Shown: positions 41,301-53,797 of the stretch, piece after piece
Position numbering within the stretch: position 1 is the first letter of the stretch
Layout of the letters: the number at the start of each line of letters is the position of its first letter
DNA from: Tubulanus polymorphus
Lineage: Eukaryota > Animalia > Nemertea
DNA length: 64,000 nt
NCBI RefSeq assembly: GCF_964204645.1
Contig: NC_134030.1
Span: 5,436,778 to 5,500,777 of the forward strand
Direction: 5' to 3'
Made by a program: the position numbers and the translations under genes
The notes under the pieces: generated by a model
Told to the model about the DNA's origin: nothing
Database searches by the model: none
The model's input: the letters and a program-made list of their open reading frames with translations, nothing else

Positions 41301-43204
41301 TGTGACTATCACGCGTACGCGTTCCGACGCTGTTTTTTTTTTAATGGTGACTCCGACAATTGACGGTGTCGCCACCTGTTGCCATATGACACAAACGAAT
41401 AAAAACAAAAAATTTGCAATATACAAAAAAAGACATTTCTCGAAAGAAAGCAAATAACTTTAAGATTAGTACTCAGTGTTTACGAACTACACTTTGTATT
41501 GGTTATTTCATGGTATAGTATATTGAATGTTCGAACTTTTGAACTTGCGTCAATGAGACATTTTTAAAAGAATTTTTTTTCAAACTAGTTTGTATATGTT
41601 TTATCCAGAATGGTGTATCAAATAATATCATTACTAGGACACAAAGATATAGGCCCTAATATAATTTGTCTTTGGGTTCTCATGGACGCGATTGTTCATT
41701 TTACTCTTTTGACGATTCTAAAAGAAAGTACGAAATTGAAAATTTGCATGTTTATCGCATTACCCTGCTACAGTAGACATGTGATATACTCTTAATATCA
41801 CGGGATATACAGTTCAAAAGACAAACAAGATAAAATTGGAAGTCTTTTGTCCAAACTAAGACTGATCTCAAATTTATGGGGCCATAAACATCACCGTCGG
41901 GCCGCCCACAATTAAATAATTCCATTTAACAACAGACGTAGAATAATGTGTTTTCTCAAAATACATAAATATTACCGGTCAGCGTGCCTTATGGCGGTGA
42001 AGTTAACTTACTGACGCCTTTTCTAATAGTGAATCGGGGTCTTCCTGGTCTCCAAAGAGGCTGCGGTCATTTCTTCGGAATATATATAAATATGTGCAAT
42101 CTTATAAAGGAATTTCGAATCGGAAACGGTAAGAGTTTATCAGAATTTCATGTTTTTCGGTGGATGGTGATAATGCATTTAGGTAGAACGTTAAACATAT
42201 TAGTGTCAATGATACTATAGGGATAATCGGTGTTAAAGTTCTTGCTTTCGAGGTTATCTTTACTATTCACGCGGATGCAACAGAAACTTTTCCTACGGAT
42301 ATCATTTCATAAGTTCATAATGTCCATAATTTTTGGTGTAATAACATATATAGTCGCCGCTTTATCGATTATACATGTATACCGACTGTACCAAATGACA
42401 AGAACGTGTATTAGCTATATACAATTCAATAATTCATCGGTATGCATTCGCAATTTACTTTGATGTTATTTATAGTCGGTTTCTGACGATTTTACGACAT
42501 TTTTATGGCCGCGTGGTCTGGCAACTTGTACATGGTCCGACACCGATACTGTGTTACTGTCAATACGTTAGCAGACACAGCAAATATGCAAGCACGTTAT
42601 TGATAGGATATGTTCGGACATAACGAAACATTTTTAGAATATTTACATTTACAATATGTGTCTCATTGCAGTGGATACAATATTGAAGGTAATTATATCA
42701 ATACCGCACATTCTCAATTTATTGTGGTTACTGATTCAAGATTCTGATTCTTGCTACAAAAAACCTCAGAAAACAAGACTGCCTCTCATTAACTAACTAT
42801 GTAATGAATAGCGTCGTTAATTAGTTTTTTCTAATGGGTATTTTACTACTTAGCAATTCACGATCTAGTGACCTTGGCATTTGTTGTACAGCGGATCCAT
42901 AAAACAGAGCAGTGTAAATATTTCCAGCGTTGATAAGCAGTGAGTGATACAGCGCAATTTGCCGATATTTAGCGCTATTTCTCTTCACTGGCTGCTGAAC
43001 TATCGGCTGAACTGTCGTGCTTCCTAGAGGCGGTCGTTGTACGGACACAAAGACTCGGTCATTTTAGCGCTGGGTGCAGTTAAAGGATGTCGGGGTTGTT
43101 TGCCGGACACGTGAGAGACGACTGATCTTTTCGCCACGTTGACAGAAACGATTTTGACACGAAACGGTTTCGGCCGTTCGGAGCAGCCGACCGCCAAGAT
43201 TTGC

Positions 43205-43286
43205 GCACGAGCATCTACCCTGTAGATCCGAATTTGTGTATATATTTTCTCATACAAATTCGTGCCTACGGAGAGTCTGCTCGTGT
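43205..43286 (+). ncRNA. mir-10: microRNA mir-10 precursor (5p mature 43216-43237; 3p arm about 43255-43276)
   Basis: TACCCTGTAGATCCGAATTTGT is the canonical miR-10-5p. The 3p arm begins CAAATTCG, and the basal stem GCACGAGCA pairs with TGCTCGTGT. It sits at the conserved position between Hox5 and Hox4. Confidence 0.97.
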
Positions 43287-44683
43287 GGCTGAACAACTCA
43301 CGACTGTGTCTTCGAAGATGGCAGTGAAGAAAGATCTAGCCTTCCCTAACCTCGACGATTACCGTGCTCTGATTTCGAAGGTCTTACCGAATTCGCGTGT
43401 ACCCCGAACCTTATCCCGCTCCAAATGTTCCCCGAGAACCCAATCGTCGCTAAAACAGTGGCTTCTTTTTTCATGCATTATGCTAATTACCGTCGGCGTA
43501 TCGTTCACGGTGAACTGTCGAGATCCATCGCCATCTATCCACAAATCGTAGAACTGACGACGAGGAAGAAAATCTTGTTAGTTCTCAGTTTTGTCGCTTT
43601 ACCGGAACGGTGGCGCTAGTGGCTAGTTTCGCGGGTTATCGTTTCGTTTTTCGCGGCACGTTTTGTTGCTGCTAATTTCGAGGCCATTAAAATTCACAAT
43701 TGAGTAAAGAAAGTAAAGTTTGATGACTGCAGGTGCGTGTCGCACGTGTAATCGCTCGACAGATCTCGACAATTTCCATTTGTTAAATGCGATTATTTGC
43801 TGATGTTCGCGACACAAAAGTGTAATTACTGAAATTGAGCCCTTATCAGGGATGTAATCGTTGTTTCTTTTTTAATCTGAAAGCTTTTTTGTCGGGACCG
43901 TCCAGGAATATCCATAGAATGATAAACAAATTATTCATATTTCCAATTTATTAATAATGATAATAATAAATCCGTAGACTCAAATATATTTTCACTAATC
44001 GTCAAAATATAATATCTCATGAATAACAAAAGTCGAAATAATTCATACAAATAGCTTTTGTGTTTGTAAGATTCAAAATCCCCGTGACAGGTGATAAGCT
44101 TACTGAGAAACCATCTTTTAGCTTTTAGCTTGGTGGATTCTTAGGCAGTTAAAAACATTTTGAGCGATTTTACGATCGTTTAAAACATTATTCGCATTAA
44201 AAACAAGTTTCACGCATTCGATGGATCGAATTATTTGAAAAATATACATGATCACGTTTCGTAGCATTTCTCGAAGTGAAAGAATCGGAGAAAGTCCCCG
44301 TTTCGCTTTGACATGTGTTCCGTGACCGAGGGAAATTTGTAAGACGGATATCTTACTAAATGATCGTACATGATCGAATAAGGAAAAAAATACGTCGTAA
44401 ACATAAATCAAACTTCCAGATGGTCGTATATGATAATAGTATCGGGAAGAGCTGAGCTATCGTGACACCTTTATTCCCCGGTTGCCTTAATGTCTTGCCC
44501 ACCGGCACTTAAGAGCACGCACGTTTTAAAGGCTTTATTTTTTTTCAATTTTGTTGTCAATTTAATTCGTACCGAATCCTTGCCATCGAAAGGGCTGTAA
44601 TTCAAAATCTTTTTCCGTAGATATTATATGAAAAGAAATATGAAAATTCTTTGATAAGTTTTTAGATACGTATATACTGTAAA

Positions 44684-44770
44684 ATCCCACAATACAAAAA
44701 GAAGAAATGTCTGAAAGATTTCCTTGAAATGTAGTTTTTCGATTTTATTCCAACTAATAGTCATCTTCAG
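44684..44770 (-). repeat. Degenerate copy of the hammerhead-bearing repeat
   Basis: ATCCCACAA...GTCTGAAA...TTCCTTGA...CTAATAGTCATCTTCAG, collinear with the 25879 and 55192 copies. Confidence 0.55.
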
Positions 44771-44898
44771 GGGCCAGTTGCTCATAAATTGGTTAAAGAT
44801 AACCGGCGGATAAATGCCATACTATAACGATGAACTTTCATTTCGATGTCAACTATCGACTGTATAAATCTAAACAACTTTTGAGCGACTGGGGCCCC
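44771..44898. mobile_element. MITE with GGGCCAGTTGCTCA termini
   Basis: GGGCCAGTTGCTCA ... TGAGCGACTGGGGCCCC; related to 49354-49506. It directly abuts the hammerhead-like repeat ending at 44770. Confidence 0.65.
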
Positions 44899-47800
44899 TT
44901 CTTGACTACAAAGTTACAAATTTAAAAAAAAGGTTTTTCAAATATAGACATTTTATCCAATTTTCCGTGCGTTTTTTTTTTACTTGAAGTATACAACTTT
45001 TTAGTGAAAAGAGCATCTTTTTCTCGGCTCGTTTTTAAATTCGGTGTCGCGCGAAACCACCCGGTGACACAACGCGCCAACAACGCGATCAATCTGGATT
45101 TACGCGAATAATTTTCAGACGGGAACCCGTTGTAAATCGCTGATCCGTTTATTCGCTATTTATTATCAGCTGAAAACTGGCGATAAGCCGTCTCCTTATG
45201 GTTATAAGTCATTTCACTGATTTTCGAATTCGCAATAATAAATCGGCAAAATCTAATGGGGATATTATGATTAAGGGTCGAACGACGATGACGGCATTGG
45301 CTCGGAGTCGCGCTGCGAACATGACGGAGAAAGTGAAGATTATAAGATAAACACAGTGACCCCAAACCCGCCTATTTTTCATAAATGCTTCTTAATCAAA
45401 TAGACTTTGGCGTCGAGTTGTTCTGATGTGTCATCAACCGTAAGACATTGAGACAATACGAAAAACTGGCGTGAAAAATGTCTTTAAAAGTTATCGAAAG
45501 ATAGTAATAATGACTTTTGTAATATAAGAAAAACATGATTAAAAATAGATATAATAATAAAAACGCAACTATCACAATCTTCATGATGATAATGAGTTGT
45601 GATAGTTGCGTTTTTATTATTATTTAACTATCTGGATACTCTTCCGAAATTATATAAAGATAGATATGTTTGAAAATCATTTCTTCTGATGCGACAATTT
45701 AGAATTTTTTATTTTGCCCACGCATTGTAATCAGCGGATCAATCTAAATTCGCAAATTAACTTCGTAATTGTAAGAATCGTAATTAAGGTTCATTTTTGC
45801 TCCCCGACGCGGCGCTTCTGAATAGAATTCAAAATGAAAAAAAAAACGACGAAGTACCTAGGCGGGCGTTTCGTGCCGAAGTGATCAACGAAACTACGAC
45901 GGTTAGAGAGCCTAATCAATCTAGTCGAAGTAATTAAATCTTGCATTCATCGTGCAGTAAAAAAAATAAATCAAACGAACGCGTTAACGAAATTAAATGG
46001 TAAATTCATCAGATTTTACCGTTCACGTCCATTAGAGGCGAATACGGTAATCTCGTAATTGGGAATTCGAAAGTTTGAAAAAAAAGTCCTGAAAATTTAA
46101 TTTCGCTGTCGAAACGCCGGGTTTACCTGAATACAGGAAGCAAAGAAGTGAGAAGTAGCAAAAATATAAGTAATAAAAAAAACATTCAAGTAACGCTAGA
46201 CGAATTAAGAAATATAGATATATGTAAAAGGTGAATGAGACGAACGTTATTGCCAACTGAATTTTAACCGTGAAATATTTGCATCTTCGAATTTAGAACT
46301 ATCTTGTTACGAGATTTAACTGTTTTAAAACAAAAATCATAAAAATATGATTCCAGAATTATTTCCGTGATTCTTTGATTCTCGATCGCAAAATGATGCT
46401 AGTTTTTTTTTTTGTCGCGGCGCTATATCGTGCGGTGTCAGTGGGTGGTAGGATTTATGTTCGAAGTCATCGCGACGAGAGCCGATTCTTATCAGAAAGT
46501 TGATTTCTTTGCCCCCGCTGTTCGGAACACTTGATTAGAATCGGATATTTTCGCTTCAAATTAATATAAATGGAGGCAATTTAGAGAGTAACCTTCGTGG
46601 ATGTGCCGGTGTTAAAGGTTGAAATATCGCTTCCATGTTGTTATGTAATGTTGTCGGACTTAATGCTCGAATAATTATATCGTAGTCTTCAATTTAACGA
46701 CGACAGTTGCCGCACTCCGGGGAGACTTTCCGGGCTTTCACTTGGCTTCCTGAAAATTATAAATGAAATAGATTACTGCCCCGATTTAAAAAGGAAAACA
46801 CATATTTCAATTTCTAATCGTCGGTGTTGCTGTCACGCACCAGGAGTTAAAGGGATTTCTTGTTGAACTTCTTTCTTATCGCAGCTAAACTTAGCATTAA
46901 TTTCAATTAAATCTGTAAGTTTGAATTAGGTTTTAAATGACCGTCTTTGTGGTTGGCATTTGACTTTAAAGAAATCGGCGAAGCTTTTTCGTAATAACGT
47001 CGTAAATAATATTGTAATAAACGTTATAATACTGAATTAAAACGAAGGCGAAAGATTTAACTGCTCGTTTCGAGTCTCCCCTCGGAAAACGAACCTAGAA
47101 TTTTGTTCTGGCTTCTGTATTTCAACTGAACATTTTTGAGGGTGATATTATTTCATTGCGAACTGTTATTCTATAGTTTTTATACACCGCCTAGATACAA
47201 CAACCGGCAAAATACTCGCACGTTTCGAAGGAATTATTTTCAATTCGCTCTATACGATAATTAATACGTTTTTACGTCGCATTGATAAATCGATTGGTAA
47301 TTTTTCAGACTGTCTCTTTCTCTCTATTTCTATCTCTTGGTCATTTCTTGTGTGAAGTCGCAACATTCGAAATAAATTACGACTAACTGCTGTTCGCCGA
47401 GTTTAAAATTTCTATTTCCGCTATTCAACAAAAGGCACCGCTTAACTGTCTTCGTTTGAATGGAATAAAAGATGCGTTTTCTACGCTCGCATAAGTATGC
47501 TTATAAATTGGTAGTGGCTGTTTGTGTCGTCGTCGTCGTCTATGCGCGCTTTGATCTGGGTTACTATAGCATATACTCAAAGATGCGGCCGTTCAAGAGT
47601 CAATTCATGCTTTGAAAAGTGCTGTCCAAAAATCAGCAGTTATTAATGAACGTGGTGCGTAATTTAGCAAATCTATTGACGACGCTGTCAACCGAAGTTC
47701 GGAGATCTAAAGCGGCCGCCAGCGCCTCGCCGTGTTCTCTACAGCGCTACGAAACTCGACCTATTCGTTGGTGAGGCTTTGTAACGGCATAGAATATTTT

Positions 47801-49353
47801 ATTTTATTAATGATATAACTGTTGACAGTGTATACGGAAAGATGTTAATTCATAGTAATTTGCATATAGCACGTTGGTGCTTCGGTTTCTTTTTAATTTC
47901 GGAAGGCAAGAACATTCGTAATGCCCGATTTCCAGCCTATGAAAATGTTCATTATTTTTGCTGCATAGATGCTAGGATGGAAATGATACTAATTCAAAAT
48001 ACAAAGTTTCCATCTGTTCATTCTACAGTCCAGTTCTTCCTGGATAATGAAAAATTAATTGAGACGAAAATGTGTACATTTTCTGCATTTTCAGTTATAG
48101 AAATGTTGTTTGCGATGTGAATATCTTTGAGTACAATCGTAACTAAAATACTGTCAAATGTTGTTTGGAGTTTTCGCAAATTCTTCTCTTCAGATTTTTC
48201 CAGTAATTTCGAGATTATGTGACAAGCGTTGCTAAAAATATTCGCCGCGCGAATGAAATCCTTTGAAGTATTTTTTTTTCTTGCGCGTATACAGTAATGA
48301 GCCTGGACTGGCAAAGATAATGTAACCGGCCGTTACAGTGACACTGAGTAAATTAATGTGACCCATTAGTTAGTGTTGGCGCACCTGCCTGCCAGACACA
48401 CACACTTTATCGGTCAACATCGTATAGAAAACCCACCTTTCCACCGCTGCAGGAGTTCGATAAGACCGAAGCGCAGATTGTTAAAAAAAAAACTTTTTCA
48501 TCTAATTTCTGGTTTCATGAATTTCTTAAATCCACCGAGAACTTCATTTCTCCCGCAATATATAAATCCTAATGCATTGCTTCTGTTTACGAAGCTTTTC
48601 GCGAGCAACCCCAAATTGGATTTTAGAATTGATAACCTATCTTATAAACTCAATTAGATACTAAAATTGGATGTTGCACTTATTGAGAAAAAAAACGCTT
48701 GCGAATTTCAAAAGTACGAACAAATATGGAAAGATAATTTGTTTCCGCAAATTGGAACGATTTGCATCAGCATTTTAAAAATTCTAAATATGAAAATAAA
48801 TCGTGACATAGATCGAAGAGATATAGTTAGTTGTTATTTGATTTACCCTGATCTGATAGTTCCATATGATAAATGACTCGGAGCAAAGCGGCCACGAAAA
48901 GAATTTAAACGTGTACGAAAATATTGAAAATGTCACATTCGTATTCATTATTTTTCTCTTCGGAAAGAACTGATAATTGAACAATTCGCGCCGAATCTTG
49001 GTGATATTTCTCGGTCGTATATTTCGAGGCTTTGAAATCTTCGGATTAAACAATAATTTGAAAACGGTTTTCAATCTATATACATGACACCCAGTGGTCT
49101 ATCAGTAGATGTTCAAATATTCTACTATTTAATTTCCGTATATGTAAACACCTCTGGGTCTCTTCTAGAGATATAATTACTTTCACCATGGATGTATAAA
49201 CTAGTTTTTAAGTCCACGTTATCCTTTATTGGCAAGAGCCATTCAAAGCGCCAATCACACCTAGGTGGTGCCCTGAAATATGCCTCCATATGTGCTGAAA
49301 TGACCCAGCCTACAAACAGTCAGTTGCTTATGAGTGACAATTAAAATGTCCAC

Positions 49354-49506
49354 GGGCCAGTTGAACAGAAGTTAGTGAGTGGCGATTAAAATTGCATTGT
49401 AATCATGGCATTTAACGATCACTAGACTCTAAACAAGTTTTAACCATTTATACCATAGTGTTGCCACGGTTTGTCCGACTTTAACCAACTTTTGAGCAAC
49501 TGGCCC
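49354..49506. mobile_element. MITE with GGGCCAGTTG termini
   Basis: GGGCCAGTTG ... CAACTTTTGAGCAACTGGCCC; its 3' end is nearly identical to that of the 44771 copy. Confidence 0.65.
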
Positions 49507-52500
49507 CCGGTGTCGTGTTTCGTAGGGTTAAAGTTGCAGTTCCCGCCGACACGCGTCGTGAGTCGCTGGCCGTTATACAATATACTGTACGGGTCGTTGG
49601 AGGCAATTTACACATTAGTTTACATCACAATAAACACGGCTTTGTGCTGCTCGGAAATCAATTCGAATGAAACTGCTAAGTGGGTAATTAACGTGACCCG
49701 TGATATAAACAAAATAAATCATCTGAAAACAACTCTTTTTTAGATATTTCAATCTCGATGACTTAATTGAACACTCGGGACGCTGTTTTATAGCGAACGT
49801 AATAAGAAATCGTCGCCGGCATCGCCGCTATTCCCGCGCAGGTTAATTACCTTTCAATATCGAGGAGGAATTCTCCGCAAATAAATGATACCCGCGTATA
49901 TCCCCGCGAAAGAATCTGAACTGTGATAGATATTGCGAGTCAAGATTTCTTGAATATGCGAGTAACGGTCATTCTAACGGTCATTCTAGATGGGGCTACA
50001 CGAAATTGAGTATTAAGCTCTTCTCGAATTGCTGTGAAAGAAATTTGGTTTGTCATGTTCTAATCCTTAAAAGAACAAACAGTTTCATAATTTCTGATAC
50101 ATCTTTCCCGATCCTACAAACAACATCATTTTAAAACATTACATTTTCGGCAATTTTTCCGAGACTCGATCTCGTATTCGAAATAACGACTCGCCGCCGT
50201 CGTAATGAAAGCCGTGCAGCGGGCGTGAGATCAGTGAGGTGCATATTTTCCACTCATAGCTGATCATTAGTCATTCTCATCTCGCCGACCGATTTGTTCA
50301 TTGTGTGTTTTCTCGTCGAATGATAAGAGGCGGCGAACATCAAAGGCAGACGTTTTTGTGCTCCCGGTGGCGGCTTTTCGGTTACTTTTGAAACGATTCG
50401 AGAATAAGAATAGCGTACACGAATAGAATACGCACAAAATACAACACGGATCGGTATACAATATACGCAATATACGTGTGTCCCAGTCATTTGCATCTTT
50501 CATTTCGTCTAATCAAAAGAAGTTAGTGTACATTGTAGTAAACTTTCAGTGCGGACAACAGCTTTAGTTTTTCTTGACAACGGACTTTTTAATCAGACCG
50601 TCCCCGGTACGCGGTGTCTTCGCCAGAACGTATCTGGACGTCGGCCGATCGTTTATCCGGTGTCGCCTTCGCCAGAATTGATTGGTATTTACATCAAATA
50701 TTTGCTGATACTTTGTCATCGATACATTTCAATGAGCTGTTTGGCGGCCGCACTGCTGGTCGCGTATTCTGACCTGGTGTTGTGTCGACGGACAGACAGA
50801 CTGAGGCCAGTTCTTTGTCTCATCTGTGATACACTTATATTTGTCAAGTGGTCTATATATATATATACTGGTGAACAAAAAGTGCCGCAGTTTATACATA
50901 AATGACACTCGGTTTGTCCAGATTTCGACCTTTCATCTTACCCGCAAAATTACGATTTATTGGCGTTTGTCATTTCTAAATCATTCGCGGCTGATTCGCA
51001 GTCATTTCAATTATTTCAAAGTATATATTCCCACCTGACGATGGCTGGGAGTGGACAGTCGAAACGTTGTTACTAACAAAAATTCAAAATTAGCAGATTT
51101 CGTACTTTTTCGTTTATATTGTGATATTCTATTGCATTTTCTGGTTTTATTCTATGCGCTGTACGTACTCTGCAGTATAAATTCTATTACATTTTTCTAT
51201 TCGCTTATTACGACTACGAAGTTAGTTCGAGTAAAGCAGGGCTAACAGGACGAACAGGGACTTCCTTTGCTTCGTCGAAAGAGGCAAAACTAAACAGTTT
51301 TCGCAGAGTTAAGGTCAAGGTCGCGCCGAATACAATAATAACCCTACGTCATTATGGAAACGTTATGTTTATGATATGAGTGAGATTGCTAGGAACGTGC
51401 GTTGCACCTTTCGCGTACTGATTATCAATCAAGACCGGCCATAAAAACGTCAGTCCACGAGGGCTAGTCTGCTATCCATCCAGCTTTATAGACCCGCTGT
51501 GCTGAACAATGATACGTTTTAGTGTCCTTTCGTTCATTTCAATTAAGTTGATTAAACTCTTTCTCTATCAATGGGAATCTAGATTTTAGAACGATTTTAG
51601 AAAAGAGCGTTATTTATCATCATTTTTTGCGACATATTTCGAGATTTCGATGAGTCAATATTGAACATATTCGACACCGATACCGACACTGAAGTCGCGC
51701 ATGAAAATGCCGCAAGCGAAACTGTTCATATTTGCGACGGCGCTATCGGTGCTGGTTAGTTGTTCCTGGACGAGGTAGTTTGTCAAGTTATGGTCGAGAT
51801 AAAATTTTACGCGGGTTACGTTGACAAATTATTTTGCCGCCTGTTGCGTCCAATAACGTAAAGTCACTCGTATCGATTTGTGTTATTAATTTCACGGATA
51901 TGATAACATCATTACACCGTATTATATGTCCATTTGTTTCTTTCGCCTCGCACATGTTTTTCGACGTGGACCGAGCCGCAAACGCGTCCAATCTGATTGC
52001 CATCGGCACGATGTGAATTAATTTCTTTTTACGCAACTGCCAACTTGACTCGTGCAGGAAATATCGGTCTTCCTGTTGGCATAGCAAAGCATCGCGTATG
52101 ATCACAAGCCACCGTGTAATATTGAAATCACTGCTTGATTTAGTGTTTGTTTCTTATCTTGTTCCTTTTTGAAATACAACAATCTGTTGAATTTTAAAAA
52201 TGTTGTTACTCGGAATCTTAGATATTATGACATTTTTTCTTTAAGTCTACCAACACAACAGATTTTATTGCGGCTTAGTCGGAGTTGAAATACGATCGTA
52301 AGCGATATCCAATTGAATAGTTGCGTATATAATTCTATTATTACGTTGTACTTTCCCCGCATAGATCATACTTACTAACAAAGATATTATCGATAATAAC
52401 GCATATATGTCATCGAGATTTTGAATACGTTTTAAGAGCGATTTTATGCATAAATTAGAAATAGGCATCTTGATTGGGACGGGTAACTACGGGACACACG

Positions 52501-52999
52501 TGACTTTGACAAGCCGTCGCAGCCTTTAAGCCGGACTCGAGCCGATCTTGAAACACTGTCGCCAAACGCCAACCGCCGAGCGAAGTGTTCAAATCGAGAA
52601 CTAGAAGTTTAGAGGAAATTCGAAAATGTTATAGTGCTGTGCGGTACGCGTGGATATAACAGATAAATCTCTTTTGCATCATAAATCGTGCCGGAGCAAT
52701 ATAAATCGCAAAAACCATAAAACTAACACAAACGATACGATCTCAATGAACGGTTGACTTTTATTATGGCATCCGTGACACATTTATGACCTGATTCGAG
52801 ATAAAAGCGGCGTATATGAGATATTAGTATCGTCTGCGTATATCTACGAAGCGCTGCGAGCTCTTTTTGCCATTAACTTCGGATTCATTTCATTTTCTAC
52901 GTTTGCGGATGGATTTTAAGCAAATTTAACTGTTTTCGTCGCGCGCCGCTTACACTTAACCTTCGTTTTGCCGCAAAAAGCGCGTTTCAAGAAGGTCAA

Positions 53000-53080
53000 A
53001 GCTGTCAATGCGTGATTGATGCGCTCGGGTCAAATTTAATCGTTTCCATTGGTTGATTTATGCACGTGACTACGTAAATC
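53000..53080 (+). promoter_or_regulatory. Dfd proximal promoter: Meis site, Pbx-Hox sites, ATTGG-N10-CACGTG
   Basis: CTGTCA at 53002-53007, TGATTGAT at 53013-53020, ATTGG at 53048-53052, TGATTTAT at 53054-53061 and CACGTG at 53063-53068. Confidence 0.72.
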
Positions 53081-53161
53081 TACATGTGGGGGCGTGGTTA
53101 TGTTAACTCGACAACGACAAGTAGAGAGAAAAATTATTCCTACTCAATACCGTCAAAATTA

Positions 53162-53576
53162 ATGACCATGAGTGGGTTTTTGATGAACTCTACTCCGTAC
53201 GCGGATCCTAAATTTCCACCGAGTGAAGAATATTCGCACCACAACTATATCCATAATCAAGGACCGGAGTATTTTCGGCAACAAGGGGAAAGTAATCCGT
53301 ATAGCTATTCGCATCATGCGGAGAATGTTGTTGGAGGCGGCCAGTATCAGGAGGATGTGAAGGATTCGTACGGCGCGATGCCAGGCAACTATGGCTGCTA
53401 TATGCACGGTTTAAACGGGCTGCCCAGGATGCCTGGACCGGACGGTATGTCGATGAACTGTAACATGGCCATGGGCGGCATGAACATGGAAAATCAAAAT
53501 CCGCAGTCGTGTGTGCAGGGTAGCAATCAACCCGTAATCTACCCGTGGATGACCAAGGTTCACTCCGGTAATTCAG
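53162..53576 (+). CDS. Dfd: Deformed / Hox4, coding exon 1
   Basis: Starts MTMSGFLMNSTPYADPKFPPSEEYS, the diagnostic Hox4 N-terminus. Hexapeptide VIYPWMTKVH; donor CAG|GTATGT at 53576/53577 (415 nt, phase 1). The ORF-track start at 53084 is probably too far upstream. Confidence 0.94.
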
Positions 53577-53684
53577 GTATGTAAAGATTTTTCTACACCT
53601 CTTCTTACCGAGGGCTCCCGGTTCCTTATGTGTGCTCCTGGCACCTCCATCGCCTTCTATACGTTCAAACGCACGCGTCAGGGG

Positions 53685-53797
53685 AAATTTATGTCCATTA
53701 TGGGCCATAAAATACATTTTACTGGGGCATTTTTTCACCTCGAAGCTAGTTACATAATTACAGAGGCCATAATCGTAAATCACCCCCATCAAATGGC
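53685..53797 (+). promoter_or_regulatory. Dfd intronic homeodomain-site cluster (HB1-like)
   Basis: TTTATG, CATTA, GGCCATAAA, TTTTAC, TAATTA and CGTAAATCA (Pbx-Hox on the - strand) are packed 110-220 bp after the donor. Confidence 0.6.

Noticed and set aside
41100-43625. CTCF-like motifs near 41104, 41367 and 43607 (also 9678, 49258)
   Set aside because: Each has several mismatches to the core; cannot be supported without PWM scoring.
53208-53792. 194-aa antisense ORF over Dfd exon 1
   Set aside because: Shadow of the coding exon with no recognisable domain.
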